62,766 nt of DNA, filler included, from Klebsormidium nitens (GCA_000708835.1; 7 parts of 7 records of this genome joined end to end with filler, not necessarily neighbours in it); one strand, 5' to 3'. Shown: positions 22,067-36,200, numbered from the whole stretch's first letter. Numbers and translations: made by a program. Notes: generated by a model from the sequence alone, not told the origin.

Positions 22067-22504
22067 GTAATACGACTTGGACTAGCGCTTGGGGCAAAGC
22101 TCATGACGCTTGGAATTACCGATAACTATATTATTTGATGGAAGGAAACGATATAATGGTCCAAAAGCTGCTAAAACGTGAAAAAGACTGATATATAGTA
22201 AAGCGGTGCACCATTTTTGAGCCATCAAATGTTTTGATAAAAGCTATTTGGAAAGTGCCAGTGGGAGGAGCATGGTAATGGTGAGAAAGTAAAGTGTGGT
22301 AGATGCATGGTTATGGTCCTAATGTGCTCCAACGTGTAAATGTTTTGCTCTAATACGGTGGATTGCGCTTCAACATAGCTCTTTTGTGTTCCAAAATTTC
22401 ATGGGCTCCAAATCAATGCGATCTAGCTCCAGCCTACATCAATTTAATCAAAAGTTTTTTCAACAATTTTGAACAAATGTCTTGGATAGTTTCTCTCCTA
22501 GCTC

Positions 22505-22804
22505 TTACTTGCTCTTGTAGGTCGTCTCAAGGAGATCCCAAGCCTCCTTTGCGGTCTTGCACGCCTCAATCGTCCCCAAATGATGGTCCTCAACATTCAG
22601 CCCTATGATGGACAACGCTTTTGTTGATTGAGATGCGTGCTGTCCGGGATTCGTCACTCCATTCCATAGATCCTTGGAAGTCAGCAAAAACTTGATCTTG
22701 CGACTCCAATTGATGTAGTTGTCTACACCAAGCCTCTCTATGTGGACTTTAAACCCGCCAGTCATTTTAGGGTTTGCTTTCCCTACTCTCTCTCGCGGGA
22801 CCAT
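22505..22804 (-). mobile_element. Ty1/Copia Gag N-terminal fragment
   Basis: IERLGVDNYINWSRKIKFLLTSKDLW...KALSIIGLNVEDHHL..IEACKTAKEAWDLLETTY is the UBN2/DUF4219-type Gag signature. Confidence 0.85.
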
Positions 22805-23279
22805 AGGTGGAAAATTTCCTTTCAGGCTTGCCCTGCCACTTGATCCCCCTTACAAGGCTTTCAAATGTCACTTGGCTCAAAGAGCACCCGTAATAAAGCA
22901 GACCGGCCCCACCGATGCCTTCATTGACAAGAGAGAACCATACGCTNNNNNNNNNNNNNNNNNNNNNNNNNNNNNNNNNNNNNNNNNNNNNNNNNNNNNN
23001 NNNNNNNNNNNNNNNNNNNNNNNNNNNNNNNNNNNNNNNNNNNNNNNNNNNNNNNNNNNNNNNNNNNNNNNNNNNNNNNNNNNNNNNNNNNNNNNNNNNN
23101 NNNNNNNNNNNNNNNNNNNNNNGCCGCTTTTCATCAGGAAAGAACGTGGTTTCTTTCTTTGCTGATTTCACGTGTTGCCTACTCAACATGGCTACAAGTG
23201 AAAGAGACTGCTTCTTTACCAACGTCCATCGCGACACGGAGAGCTTCCTTGGCTGATCTTTCAGAAGGCCGTCGGGGGA

Positions 23280-25121
23280 GAAGAAAGTGAATTATGGCGG
23301 ATGCCAATGAAAGAGGAAACGCGGTCTACGTTGGAAAACGGGACCTTAGGAGCTCGTCAAAAAACCGGAGGGGGTGAAACCGGTTCTGATGAAGTGGGTT
23401 TACAAAATTCATGCGGGACGCTCTTGGAAATGTGGACCCGGCTGGTGGCCAAAGGGTGCCTGCAAAGCAAGGAATTTGACTTTTGAGGACGTCTACGCCC
23501 CGGTGAGCAAGCACACGACTTTGTATGCGCTATTGGCGGTGTTTGCGGAGCACGATTTGAAGCTGCACCAGCTGGACGTCAAGACGGCGTTCCTCAATGG
23601 GGAGCTGGAGGAGGAATCTACATACAGCAGCCGCATGAATACGAGCAAGGCGGGCCCAAAATGGTCTGCCACCTTAAGCGCACCTTACTTACGGGTTGCG
23701 CCATGGGCCGCGTGCATGGCACATGCGCTTTAAGGCGGAGCTCGGAAACACTGAAATTGTGGCGTCAATGGCGGACGCAGCGCTCTTCACGGGATAGTGG
23801 CCGGGAAGCAGGTCTACTTAGTGGTGTGGGTGGACGATATTCTAGTGGGGGCCCAAGGAGCGAATCGCATTGCAAAAGTAACGGCGCATTTGGGGAGACG
23901 TTCGACGTGCGCACCTTGGGGGAGGCAAATACTTCCTTGGAATGGAGCTGATGCGCGACAGGGAAGCACCCACCCGGAAGCTGATTTTGAAACACAACGT
24001 TGTTCGAAGTGATATACTTAATCAATCAAGTTCACACAATGTATATGGAGTATTCCGAGTCACGGCCTATCTCTCGGTCTACACTCTAGCCTAGTAGGCT
24101 CAGTGGACCATCACCTAGTAAATTCGAAAATTTCACTCCTTACCGTACATCAACGGCTATTATCGAAGCTATGATTCAATATCGAGGGTTCTCATTTGGG
24201 TGTAACGTTGTAATGCGCGCGCATTTAAGCGTGTAACCGTAACTAAAAATTACTGTCGAATCACCGTCGGCGTCGTGATCCTGAAACCCTAGGATCAGAT
24301 TCGGTCCCTAAATGCCCGTATGTCAACACTAATGCAAAAGAAGCTGACAGGAGAGCTAGTCGGACGGTGCGGACTAGCAAGCGCTCGAGCGCGCAGCAAC
24401 CCTCAAGGGACAACGAACAAATTGACGAAAGAGGGTGAGCCCCTCAACACAAAGCGGTTTCCCTATAGTGAGTGCTTGGGGAGCATGTTGTACGTGAGTG
24501 CGTGCACCAAGCCCGACATTGCACAGGCAGTGGGCGCGCTTGCGCACTTTATGGCGTGGCCGAAGGAGGAGCACTGGCGGGCGGCGCTTGGAGTTGTGCG
24601 CTACCTGGCGGGTACAACAGAGGAAGGGGTAACCTTTGGGGGGAGCGGAGAGACTCTCTTCGCATATTGAGACGCGGACTATGCGGGTGACATGGACGCG
24701 AAGCGGCCCACAACAACCTGTACGTCTCCCGGATGTACGAGGGGGCAGGGAGCTGGTCAAACAGGCGCAACCAACGATGGCGGCCTCGACAGTCGAGGCG
24801 GAGTACATGAGTGCAGCGCAAGCATTGAAGGAGGCGCTGTGGTTCCGCAAGCTCGGGGAAGATCTTGAGTTGGACCTCGAGACGGTCCAAATCTTTTGCG
24901 ACAACCAAGGGGCAACACGGCTCCTCAAGCACTTGATTGCTTCACATTGACCTGATTCATCACTTCGCACGGGAGCTTGTGGCACGCAAGGAGGTTGCAT
25001 TCGCGTACAGCAGGACGGAGGACATGAAGGCGGACATTATGACTTGTGCGTTAGCACCGAGGAAGTTCAAGAAAGTGCAAGAGCAAGAATGAAAACTGCA
25101 TGAACCATGGATGTGTGAAGG
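23280..25121 (+). mobile_element. Decayed Ty1/Copia RT-RNase H interrupted by a solo LTR
   Basis: Contains KWVYKI, RLVAKG, YAPVSK, LHQLDVKTAFLNGELEE, VWVDDIL, GSMLY..KPDIAQAV, DADYAGD, ASTVEAEY and FCDNQGA. Confidence 0.92.
23986..24328 (-). repeat. Solo LTR, antisense insertion in Copia RT, 5-bp TSD CTGAT/CTAAT
   Basis: The minus strand starts TGTTGACATACGGGCATTTAG, homologous to the LTRs at 6092 and 25122. Removing it and one TSD restores RKLMQKKLT. Confidence 0.75.
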
Positions 25122-25293
25122 GTTCGGATTCGGGCATTTAGTGCACGCGATCTCTTGGTGACGTCGACAAGAATTCAACTGGTCCCGGTAGGAAGCAGTC
25201 GGCGGTTGAATGCGCGCGGGTTATAGCGTTACACCCGAATGATTTATTGAGATAATCGCCGTAACGAGTAGGCTCGATAATAGTCGTAGATAT
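25122..25293 (+). repeat. Copia 3' LTR remnant
   Basis: Follows the RNase H region and aligns with 6092-6275. Confidence 0.6.
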
Positions 25294-26549
25294 NNNNNNN
25301 NNNNNNNNNNNNNNNNNNNNNNNNNNNNNNNNNNNNNTTAATTAATTAANNNNNNNNNNNNNNNNNNNNNNNNNNNNNNNNNNNNNNNNNNNNGGCGGCG
25401 AACTCGGGCCCATAACAGGAGATCTTGGCCGTTGGCGCCCCTCCAAACACCTATATCGGAGGGTGCGCTGGCGTTATAGAATCAGACATTACGTTTTTGA
25501 TTGGATGCAATTGCATTCCGCAGTTTTTAGACTCGGACCTCCGAAAATCTCCGAACTAGAACGGGAGCCTTCTGCTCCGTAAGCCATGCCATTTTGAGTT
25601 TAAACGATCGCGCAATCTTGACCGTCCAGAGCTAGTACAGCCTTAAGTTCTAAACTCGTCTAAAACAACGGTTGAGAGTGTATAAGATTTGCATCGACGG
25701 ACTGCGACCGACGCGCCGGAAAACGACGAGTGACGAGCACGGTCGATATTCGAGGCGAACGGCCTCGATAAATCACAAACAATGTATCGCAAACTAAATA
25801 AATGTAAGTCGGGACTTGGGAGTTCTTCTCTGCGTATGCGGGGAAGATGTTTAAGGGTTCGTAAGTCTCCGATAGTGGAGCAAAACCTCTAGAGAAACGC
25901 CAAGTCGTACAGCGACGGTTTCAAACCCATTCCTACGGCTTCGCCACTTTCAACAATAAATCGCGATTCCGCGCGCCGGAAACAAAGGAAGCGCAGCGGA
26001 CGGAACGCCGGCAAACAGGTTGAAAATGGCATGCCAAAAAGCGCCGCCGGCCGTAGATGCTGCCACGCGGGCTGCCACGGTGGAACTTTGACGGCGTCAG
26101 ATCCTCCCCCCTTTCAAATTTTTTGGCTCAAGGCCCTGGGTGTCCCCGCCTTCTTTTTGTTTCTGAAAGAGCCAAAAAGACCAAAATCGTGCTTATGTGG
26201 CTGGAAAAGATGGTCGAATATGCCAGTCAGTGGTAAAAATCTGGCTCTGGGGCAGTCCTCAAGAGATTTTGGCAAATCCTAGGGCAAAAACGCCTTTGTT
26301 GCGTAAGATTTGGGCTCAAAAACCCAGGTTTCCACATGAAAAATAGTGTCTCGTATCGAGTCCCCCCCCCTTCTGCGCCCAGAAGATCAGAATCGTTAGG
26401 TCCCCCCCCCCATCAGGCCATCTCTTGGTCGCAAGGTGGGTAGGCCCCCACCCCATGAGGACCTCAAGGCGGGCTTCAATTAAGCCCCAGGCCTCCCACC
26501 CTCCCTCGCAAATAAATAGGGGGGGTACCACTTCAAAATGACCTTCCCC

Positions 26550-26780
26550 TTACTTTCACGGCCGTCCCTCCCTAGTGGACCTGTTGGGCCGACCCGGCCA
26601 CCCCTCCAGTTTTGAGCCCAATATAACCTTCGGGAATTGGGCCGCCATTCTTGTAGGTCGGAGTCTCCTGAGTCCTCACCTACGGTTCAGATTGGAATCT
26701 TGTAGAATGATGACATAGTATTCGATACCTTCGACAACAATGTAAATACTCTCAGGCAGTATCACACTGTCAAGTGTAAC
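26550..26780 (+). repeat. Dispersed non-coding repeat family member
   Basis: Parts recur at about 29400-29450 and 30170-30320 (gtattcgataccttcgacaacaatg.aaatactctcaggcagtatcacactgtcaagt). Confidence 0.75.
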
Positions 26781-29700
26781 TCTAGAAAGTTTAGTGTTCA
26801 CACCCTTCGACACCCGCCTCGTCATTCGCGTTTCAATATAGTAGGCTCATCTCGGTTCTCGACGTTCTAGGGTGGTTCACAATAGGTACGGTATCTTCGC
26901 ACCAAAACTTTGTTCTAGAGCAGTCACGACTCATAAGTTCGTATAATAAATATACCGTACCGCTATTTATTATCGGCCAAGTAATTATTTGGCCTGCTGA
27001 AAGTTTCAGAAAACATTTTCAAGCGATAACTGTTCGATATTATGGTTATTTTAGCAGGTAACCATTGGTCTGCCGAAATAATCGAAAGTCTCGTTTAATA
27101 ATCATTCGGCGTCGAAGGTGTCGAAACCAAATAGCAGTACGTTACTAAAACCTTACAGAAAACGCACTTTGCAGAATCTTCCCGGTCGCTCCACATTCAA
27201 TTTAGGCAAGCCCCCACCGCCCCCCGCGGGCGGTTTACCATGTTCTGGTACGGTAGTACGGTACCCGCGCGTGCTGATACACTGGGCACACATGCAGGAG
27301 GTCTTTCCCGGCCGGCGGTCCCATTTATCGTCAACGTCGGCCGAGGAAAGCCACTAGCTTGTTCACACATACCGGCTGTGGAGAACGGCCCGGGCCAGCC
27401 TTTTGTTGTGTACCGTCTTGCACGCCGGGCTCATCAGCTGGAGCACCGGGACTAGCACACGGCTCGGTTCAGAGCCCCGTCATGCTAGTTAGGGCAACCA
27501 TCATCATGGCTGCCAAAACGTAGGAATGATGGCTGCAGGGATGGGTTCGGGCGGGGGTTCCCAGCGTAGAACAGAAAGAAGGGAACTTCTGGCAGCACCC
27601 ACTCGGGAGCACACACAACGCACATACACAGGCAATCTTCTCTCTAGTCTTCTGGATGAAACACAGTTTCCTTTGACCAAGAAGTGCGGAAATGGGTGTT
27701 TGCGTTCGCGGTGTGAATGTGCGTGACAAAGGGGTGTTATGTGGCTCATTGCACTGCGATCGAGAGGCTTTTAACATTTTCTGTTTGTGACCAGGGTGTG
27801 AATGTCATTGCATGCGGCAGTGTCTTGGTTTGATAGAAGGATTATCGCGACCGGCTGGTGCGTATTACCACCTAAGCTAATCATTTGGCTGCTTATTTAA
27901 TGACCCGCCCCAAGTGTACATGCCGAAAGGCTCTTCGCTGGAAGTTTTGCGTGGAGCTGGGTACAACTTCTCAGGAAGTGCGGTTAAACGAATCAGGTTT
28001 CGCTTGACCAGCCACTAACTGCAGCTTGCAGAGTTTGTGACTTCTGCCGTCGATTCTTGAAATCTGACGGTTCTGAGCGTTGTTGTGACGATTCGTGTGT
28101 ATTAACTGCATACCGAACTCGCCACAGTATTTTACTCTGCGCCTATTGGTGATTCTGTTCTGATCGTATACGCATTCCGGTTCCGTTGCGTTCCGTTCTG
28201 ATCTGTCGCTACATGCCCGGAAGCGGATCACGTGCTACTCTGACAATCTGACACTACCGGTTTATTGCTGTGTCATGATTTGACAGCCGAGATGCCGCAT
28301 ATCATTCAGCATGTACGAGTCTGTGCGTACACTGTATAATGCATGGCGTGAATGTTGTGACATTGCGTGCGTGGAGTCTGAAGCCGAAGGTCCGCCCTGA
28401 AGCTTACCTATTGGAACTACTGGTCTGACTCTACACTTCTCCTAGTAACTGGACATGAGGTAATTCCTCGCTTGCGAGCAAGGTTCCAAGTCCACGAACG
28501 GGAAGAAGGAGGACACTTCTGTAGTTACAATTTCTGGAAGAAGGGCGCTCCTCGGTTTCATGGCTGCTGCATAGGCGACAGTAATCTTCCGCTGCATACT
28601 CTGATCGCATTACCCTGCTTATAGCTTATAGCTTTGGGTGAGCGTCACAGTTGTGCCGTGCGACCCACAAAGCTCTCCAACTTTTCCAGAGTACAGAAAG
28701 GCGATTTCGAGCCCTTGCGCAAGCGTGCAGTGGCGTATGCCATGTACCCAGGTAGGAGGTTTGCGGGCAATTTCAAGTTCCTTTGAGACTTTCAAGGTCG
28801 ACTGGGGAAGTTGAAATGTGTCGCCAGGAATCAAATTGTAATGCTAAAACGGCAAGGGTGACTGCGTTACACTTTACAAATCCAAGAGTTTGTAACGCCA
28901 GTCGATCGGGTCGATTTAGCGTTACCATAATTTTGAGGACTATCTTCTACTGTACATACACACAAATGATAATAGGGACGCAACGTCGGCATAGCTAGGG
29001 CCAAAAGGCCGCCGGGCTTCTCCAAAAAGGTCTTCCACATGCAGCAAGCAGATTGATGGGTGAGACCCAACGTCGGGCAAAGAGATCGCAAAGGTGGCCG
29101 AAATGACGACCCCTGGCATGAAGCCCTGGGGCTCCCTGTACAAGCGCTGAAAGCGCCTGATCTCTCTACCAAGTCAAGTTGAGCCCGGGCCAGCCGATGT
29201 TGTTGACCGCGTACTAGAGCCCACGTACTGAATTGTTCACCGGCCGTCCCCAGACGGTCGGCCGGGAAAAAGTTGGGAAAGAATTTCTGGCCGACGGCGG
29301 CGGTCGAAGGCTGCCGGAAGTTGGACAATCTGGGCCGCCGAACGGAGCTTTTTTCGGCATGTGTGACCAGTGAATGATGAGACCGTGACCTTGTCCTAGT
29401 TTCACGGCCGTCCCGCCCTAGCTACCCGTAGCGGACCCGAAACCGGACCGGCCCACGATGGGTTCCTAAACTGGACCCCTCTGGCAAAGCAAAATGGAAG
29501 TACGACGCCGAGACCAAGCTGCAACTTGATCGTAGACTGAAAGCTTACGCTGCAGCTCAAATCCACGCTGGTTAGGGAACCCCTTTCCAGCAACCCCTAA
29601 TCGTAGAAAACTAAGTTAGGGCAGGCTGTTAAGAGTTAACCTGGCACAGCTGGGCGTCCAGCAGGCCTTCCAACATCGATATATTGCTTGAATTCCCACA

Positions 29701-30169
29701 GCATTTATCCAACTTATACAATCATTGAAACCCGGGAAAAACCTCGAATTTGGCAGAGAAAATGCCAGGGTTATGCACTGTCAGTGCAGCCCTTCCCAGA
29801 CAACCCCAATGGTTAAGCAGAGGTAATCATTTGACCTTCTCACTGACCAGTGCCAATGTTGCCCCGGGTCTACCCGGTAGACGGCGCTTTTGTTATCTTG
29901 ACCAGTCTGTAATGTAGGCGGGTCCACTTTTAGGACCCCTACCAAAATACAAAACTTGATCCGTTGGTCGGGCACCCAACCTACTTTTGCTAACCATCCA
30001 CTTTTCCGCACCCAACCAACTAATAAACCACTCACATTGGCATGTAGCCTACGCTTTTCTCTCTCATTTACAAAAAAACAGAACGAGAAACGGCCAATTT
30101 TGGACCATTTTAGCGCCTGCACCAGATGTGCAAAATACAGAGGGGTCCAGTTTAATTTTGGGTCTGCTA

Positions 30170-30320
30170 CGGATAGTGGACCCCGTTGGACCGACCGAAG
30201 GAGTCGGAATCTCCTCATCTATGATTCAGATTGAATCTTGTAAAATGTTGACGTAGTACGGTATTCGATACCTTCGACAACAATGCAAATACTCTCAGGC
30301 AGTATCACACTGTCAAGTAT
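30170..30320 (+). repeat. Dispersed non-coding repeat family member
   Basis: Aligns with 26575-26780; the agtatcacactgtcaagt motif recurs near 30641 and 30660. Confidence 0.75.
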
Positions 30321-31181
30321 CTCAACAAGCTTTCGATTCTCTTTTCACCTCCCGCTCTTCTGTTGCTCAAGCAACCAGCGCACATGCTCGACACTCGGAG
30401 CGGCCCCCTCTCACTTCAACTCTGCCAGATCAGTCTCAACTTCCCACGCGTGCTTTTCATCGGCGTTCTCAATCGCAGCTCGCCTTCGGCACCGACGCCC
30501 ATCAGACAAAACGCCGCCGCACCGAGCCTCCCTCAGACATATAGATTCGATCTTCTCAGCCTTTGAGGCGTATGCTAGTCTGCAGACTCTAGCTGATGAG
30601 CTGCACGTGCCAGATGGTTATACCCAAAAAAAAAAAAAAAAGTATCACACTGTCAAGTGTATCACACTGTCAAGTGCCCCTATAATACCCCCCTTTGCTC
30701 GATTTTCCACGGAAACATTGTGCCCGGAGGACGTCGATATAGCGCAGTGGTAGTGCGCAGTGTCCAAGGCCTCAAAACGGAGGTTCGAATCCGTCAAAAA
30801 ATTCTCCTTTTGGGTGTTCCGCAGAGCGGCGCATGCAGTATCACAGTGAATTTACTCGAGCCGATCACCTCGGAGTCTGAGGAGTCGAGCTCGGACCTTT
30901 CAAAGTCAATTCAGGGTACGCCCCGGCGACTCCGGCGCTTTGCGGCGCAGGTCTCTACATTTTCACAGCGACTTGTGATTCCCCCGTGACCCTGGACTCG
31001 AAGTGGACAGATTTGCGAATCACCGAGCACCGACTTTTGAGTCAGAAGCAGTATGTAGAATGAACCGTCGATGAACCGTGAAGCTGTGCGATCGACGGCA
31101 AGATTGGTGACGGCTCGTGACCGACGGCTGCCGGTATGTGCTTAGCGTCCGGCGTCACGGGTCACAGAACGCCCACCTTAA

Positions 31182-31590
31182 AGTGGGCGTCCGGGTATAA
31201 ATCCGCCTTTTCGCGGCGATTTTGCTTCCGGTGCTCAAAAATTAGCAACGTGACCAAATGGCAAGTGCGCTCGCCTTGAGATCCACCATGCTGTGCTCAA
31301 TTCCGAAAGTCGTGACATTTTGCTTCTGTTTTGCCCCTTTCTTTTTGTGACCCTTCCGTGCTGACGTAGACCGACGTCACTCTTAAGAACCGCGGTACCT
31401 GCTGGTATGATACCGCGGGACTGCCTCCGGTCCCTGCTCGGGACCCTAGCTTCGGTCGGTACCGCAGTCCGCTGGTCCTTGAGAGGTTCCATACCGAGTT
31501 GAACAAATCAAGTCAACGGCCGTCCGATGACTTCTTCGAAGACCCGATCTCACCGTCCGCCGGAGGTGTCCACGCATGGCCTACGCCCAC
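31182..31590. mobile_element. Short TTAA-flanked MITE-like element
   Basis: TTAA|agtgggcgt...acgcccac|TTAA, with 8-9 bp TIRs. Confidence 0.4.
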
Positions 31591-31594
31591 TTAA

Positions 31595-32370
31595 GGTCGA
31601 ACTTCCCTAAGTCGGAGATCCAAAACCCTATTGCCCGTAGATGAGAATCATGAAGACGTCTTCATTCATATCTCGAGCTTGGCTTAATCTTTTTGAGAAT
31701 CANNNNNNNNNNNNNNNNNNNNNNNNNNNNNNNNNNNNNNNNNNNNNNNNNNNNNNNNNNNNNNNNNNNNNNNNNNNNNNNNNNNNNNNNNNNNNNNNNN
31801 NNNNNNNNNNNNNNNNNNNNNNNNNNNNNNNNNNNNNNNNNNNNNNNNNNNNNNNNNNNNNNNNNNNNNNNNNNNNNNNNNNNNNNNNNNNNNNNNNNNN
31901 NNNNNNNNNNNNNNNNNNNNNNNNNNNNNNNNNNNNNNNNNNNNNNNNNNNNNNNNNNNNNNNNNNNNNNNNNNNNNNNNNNNNNNNNNNNNNNNNNNNN
32001 NNNNNNNNNNNNNNNNNNNNNNNNNNNNNNNNNNNNNNNNNNNNNNNNNNNNNNNNNNNNNNNNNNNNNNNNNNNNNNNNNNNNNNNNNNNNNNNNNNNN
32101 NNNNNNNNNNNNNNNNNNNNNNNNNNNNNNNNNNNNNNNNNNNNNNNNNNNNNNNNNNNNNNNNNNNNNNNNNNNNNNNNNNNNNNNNNNNNNNNNNNNN
32201 NNNNNNNNNNNNNNNNNNNNNNNNNNNNNNNNNNNNNNNNNNNNNNNNNNNNNNNNNNNNNNNCGATTCTCAAAAAGATTATGCCAAGCTCGAGATATGA
32301 ATGAAGACGTCTTCATGATTCTCATCTACGGGCAATAGGTTTTGGATCTCCGAATTAGGGAAGTTCGACC
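31595..32370. mobile_element. Non-autonomous TIR element, Kolobok-like (GG...CC termini, TTAA/TCAA flanks), centre in gap
   Basis: Inverted repeats of about 107 bp at 31595-31701 and 32265-32370, with 2 mismatches. A third right end, ttagggaagttcgacc|TTAA, lies near 60092-60111. Confidence 0.65.
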
Positions 32371-33265
32371 TCAAAAGACCTAAAAGTGTAGTGTTCACAC
32401 GCTTCGACACCGCTTCGTCTCGCGCGTTTACCTAGATACCCAGGCATCGTGTCAAAACACCTTCAAAGCGGTGCACTGAACTCCGGTTTTTCGAAATTTT
32501 GAGGGGGGCATGGAAGCCGTTTTTGAGTTGAACCCAAATCTAGCTGAGAGGGTATGGAAGCCGGTTTCTCGATTCCACTTTTTCGCTTTGATTTTTGAGC
32601 GTGGTTATGTGAGCTGGTTTGCGGGAATTTGGAACTTGATTGCAAGCTATTTTAAGACGAGCCATGCGTTTCGAAGGTCGTTCTTGCTGGACCATTCAAC
32701 CCACGGAAGGACCATGCGCCCAAGGATACTGAAAACAACTCAAATTTGCGGACTTTTCACAGCTTTTACGCCCGCTTTTACGTCGATTCATGTGTTTAAT
32801 GTACGAATACACCTGGCTAGGACGGGGTTTCAAATGGGGTTACTAGAAAACTCAAAGGCGTTTTGCAAGCCAGATCAAAGCTGAGGGGGAGGAAACTTAT
32901 GGTCTGGATATCCTACTACTAGGGGTTGAGAATCTGACTGGAGAGACCCCCCCCCCGGAGGTCGGTTTCAGATGCTCGCTGGCCCTCAACCGAACCCCCT
33001 GGAAGTCGGTTTTTCAACCGGAGTCCAGTGCACCGCTGCAAATATGTTCTGACAGGATGCCCTACCGTAATTGTAGTCAAATGTTCGAAGTTCGAACGTC
33101 TTCAAACCAACTCGGAATGTTGCCGGTCCAGGACCGTGGCTCACGCTACGGCCGCCCCCAAAAATTCCCAGGGTAGGCCGACTCCAAGTGGGAGCCCAGT
33201 TCGTGAGTAAATACCTTGCGTATGTGGCTTCGCCAAGGATCGTCGTCCTACACCGTCTCTGCAGA

Positions 33266-36200
33266 ATGGACCTTGCCGATAGAGCTACGAATCAGATATG
33301 GAAGGCATATTGGGTTCAAAAAGTTTTTGCATTCATGGCGGTGTCTTTTTTGCCGCTGATTGGCCTCTTAGTCTATCACAATAGTGAATGGTTCCAAACT
33401 TGGAGTGCTCCTTGGGGCCATCAACGAGAAACCGAACAATGGACTTTTCAGACAACACTCTCGGGAGCTCAAACGACATACCACGACGTTGAGTCTTTGA
33501 ATTCAGAAGCCTCAGAACAAACAGGTTCTGGCCTTTTGAGAGCAGGTGTGGGAGGTATAAGCAGCTACTGCGGGGGCGCATATAATGAGAGCAGGGCGGG
33601 TGTGCTTCAGTCAGAGCACCAAAGGTGGGCAAGTGTTGTAGCTCAGCTTTCCCGTTGCCATGAGATGGCGGAACCTTTTCTATGTCTTACTGCTTTCAAA
33701 GTTCCATCCAATTGTGGATTGTAGGGACATGGGTTTTCACATGCTTCTAATCTTTTGATTATATGCATGAATGTTTTGGCTTTTGAGGACTGGTGATTGA
33801 TTCTTGTGCCGCACCAATGCAGAGTCTAGATAGATGCTCTAAAACACCGATCATCTATTGTACTTGCAAGCAAGTGCAAGAATGTCTTAGTTTGCCTGGC
33901 TGAGTAGAGAGCCTCTCATATTTCTTTTATTCCTGCGAAGAGTGGTTTCGCGACCGTGGGCATTCTGAAGACAGCGAAGTGACATTCGGTTCGTTTGTAG
34001 AACTACATGTTGGAAGTTCTGAAGCGATCTTGCTATGGTGTAACATACCTGTAAGTCGAATCTGCATTGCAGGCTCCAATGGGTTCCACAAGATGATAGG
34101 TACCTTTTGGCTTTCTGCCATGTAGGACAATTCACCAACCAACTCATTTGTTATTCGAAGCATATGCTCATTGCTGCATTATTAAACCGTACTCTAGTGT
34201 GGCCTGACTACAATTACAAGTATAGCCAGGTCTTGGACTTCCCCCACCTCTTGAAGTGCCTAACTCCAAGGTGGAAGCTCAATACACCGGTGATTATCTC
34301 TTGGGAGGTGAGCACGACCCGGAGTCCTTGAGGCAACCAGCTTCTGCATTGTACTCGCCCTTGCTAAAAACAAGCCTAAAACTGGAGGCTAAATCGGCAG
34401 CGACCTGTCTTGAGGTCAATCAGTCTCACATGCAACTACTTGCAGTCCCTTCACATCATGATTAGTTCCATGCAGTTGATCATATAGTTGGGGTTAAGGA
34501 AAAAGCTTCGGAGCAAATTGTGCCGGGTTCCGGATCCATGTCCCTCTGAAATTTTGATCTTGACTTGGATGCCGTGCCCGCAGATAGAATTAAGAGTATC
34601 GCGGAGGCGCATGCTGTTCCAAGTACAGTGTGTCTATTGTTGCTGGCATTCAAAGTTGTTAAATCTCGAAAATTGTAGGTTGTCCAGAGCTCCAGAGCTC
34701 CTGTATGCAGTATTTGCCTTCGACTCGCTGTTAATTCACGTGATGATGCCGTACATTGTCTACATTGTTGCCTTCCTTCGTTTCCAGCCGCACACCCGAT
34801 AAAGCATAAGTAGATTATTGTTGAGAGATACCTCTAAGAGGCAATCCTCTAAGAATTGATGATATCCTGAAGTACTGGGGGAATTAAACTAGACACGACA
34901 AAAAACCCAGAAAACCCATCACATCACTCCTACAGGATTTTTTGCGCCAACAATCTTCCGAGACCGTGATTATCAAGTGCCTTCAAGGCAATTGTGGACA
35001 GGCTAAGATGGTCAAGCTCTTTGACCGGCTCAATTTGACTTATCAAGAGGAAACCATATGGGAGTGGATCCCAACAAAATTTAAATCAATGTCTCTGGAA
35101 GACTTCAATGCACATTTTGCAAATGCTTCAGACGTGAGAGCTCTTGCAATTGGGGACATCTTCTACATGCGATTGGAAACGAAACAGACTAACTTGAACA
35201 GATTTGGAGAATCCGTCATAGGTAATTGGACGGTAAGTACATCAAAGGGCGATGAGTCCGAGTTCGTTTTTCATGTTTTCTTTTTGACTCCATGCCCTTG
35301 TAGCTTCCGAGTTTTATTGTGTCACGTCTTCTTGACACCTTTGCTAATCGATTATGGTACACTCAGCAGTTGAATGCATCATGCAATTGCAGAGTTGCAA
35401 TCCGGGTTGTGGGGGTGGCAAGAAAGTACACCACTAGTGATGGGGTTAACTAATGTTGCTTTTCAGTTTGTTTGCTCTTTCACAGATGACGGGAAGCATG
35501 AGCTCGTGGCACCTTCGACTTCAACCAGGTAGGTTCTGAAGATGTTGCTGTCCACGGTGATACTTTCGGGGTCCTGTTTGGTATGCTCATCTTCTGCCTT
35601 GATGTTATTCTTCCAAATGCTGAAGCTTTCAAGCTGCTTGCGGAGGGAGGTTCCACCTGTTGAATTCACATTGCATGCAGGGATTGATGGCGCAAACAAT
35701 TGTGTCCCATTGCTTCGACCTCATAAGGCGATTGTATCGGCAGCTACAGGCTTTGTGAGGACATTCATAGGGTCAAACCCCTTTATAAGTATCCACATTC
35801 GACATGGCGATTTTTTACATGCCCATAAGTAAGTTTTCCAGAAAGTGGCTGTTGACGGCCACTTTGGACCCTTGCGTTTTGGTATGCATTTGCACTACAT
35901 ATTTTCGAATTTTTGACGACTATCGATTCAACACAAAGCACAGACGGGTGTGTAAGCTTCGAATGTTCTTATTTTGACTTTCAATCTTTCGCCCTGCTCG
36001 AAAATCAAGACCTTTGCGTCTTTTGGTGCTTTCTCGTTACATTCGCTTTCTTCACTGTAGTGTACGATTTTCGGATAGGTAGCCGGTTCTTCAAGCTTTA
36101 CTTTCAAGTCTTTCACAAGGAGTGAGGAGGATGAGGAAGTAAAACGGGGGGGGGTGTCTTAGCAGCCAAGAAACGCTTGTGATTCCGGATTTGCTTAGAA

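Noticed and set aside
24374-25000. 208-aa minus-strand ORF
   Set aside because: It is antisense to Copia RT/RNase H.
31641-32325. Four ORFs of 203-219 aa
   Set aside because: They consist almost entirely of X from the gap; their mirror symmetry reflects the TIRs.
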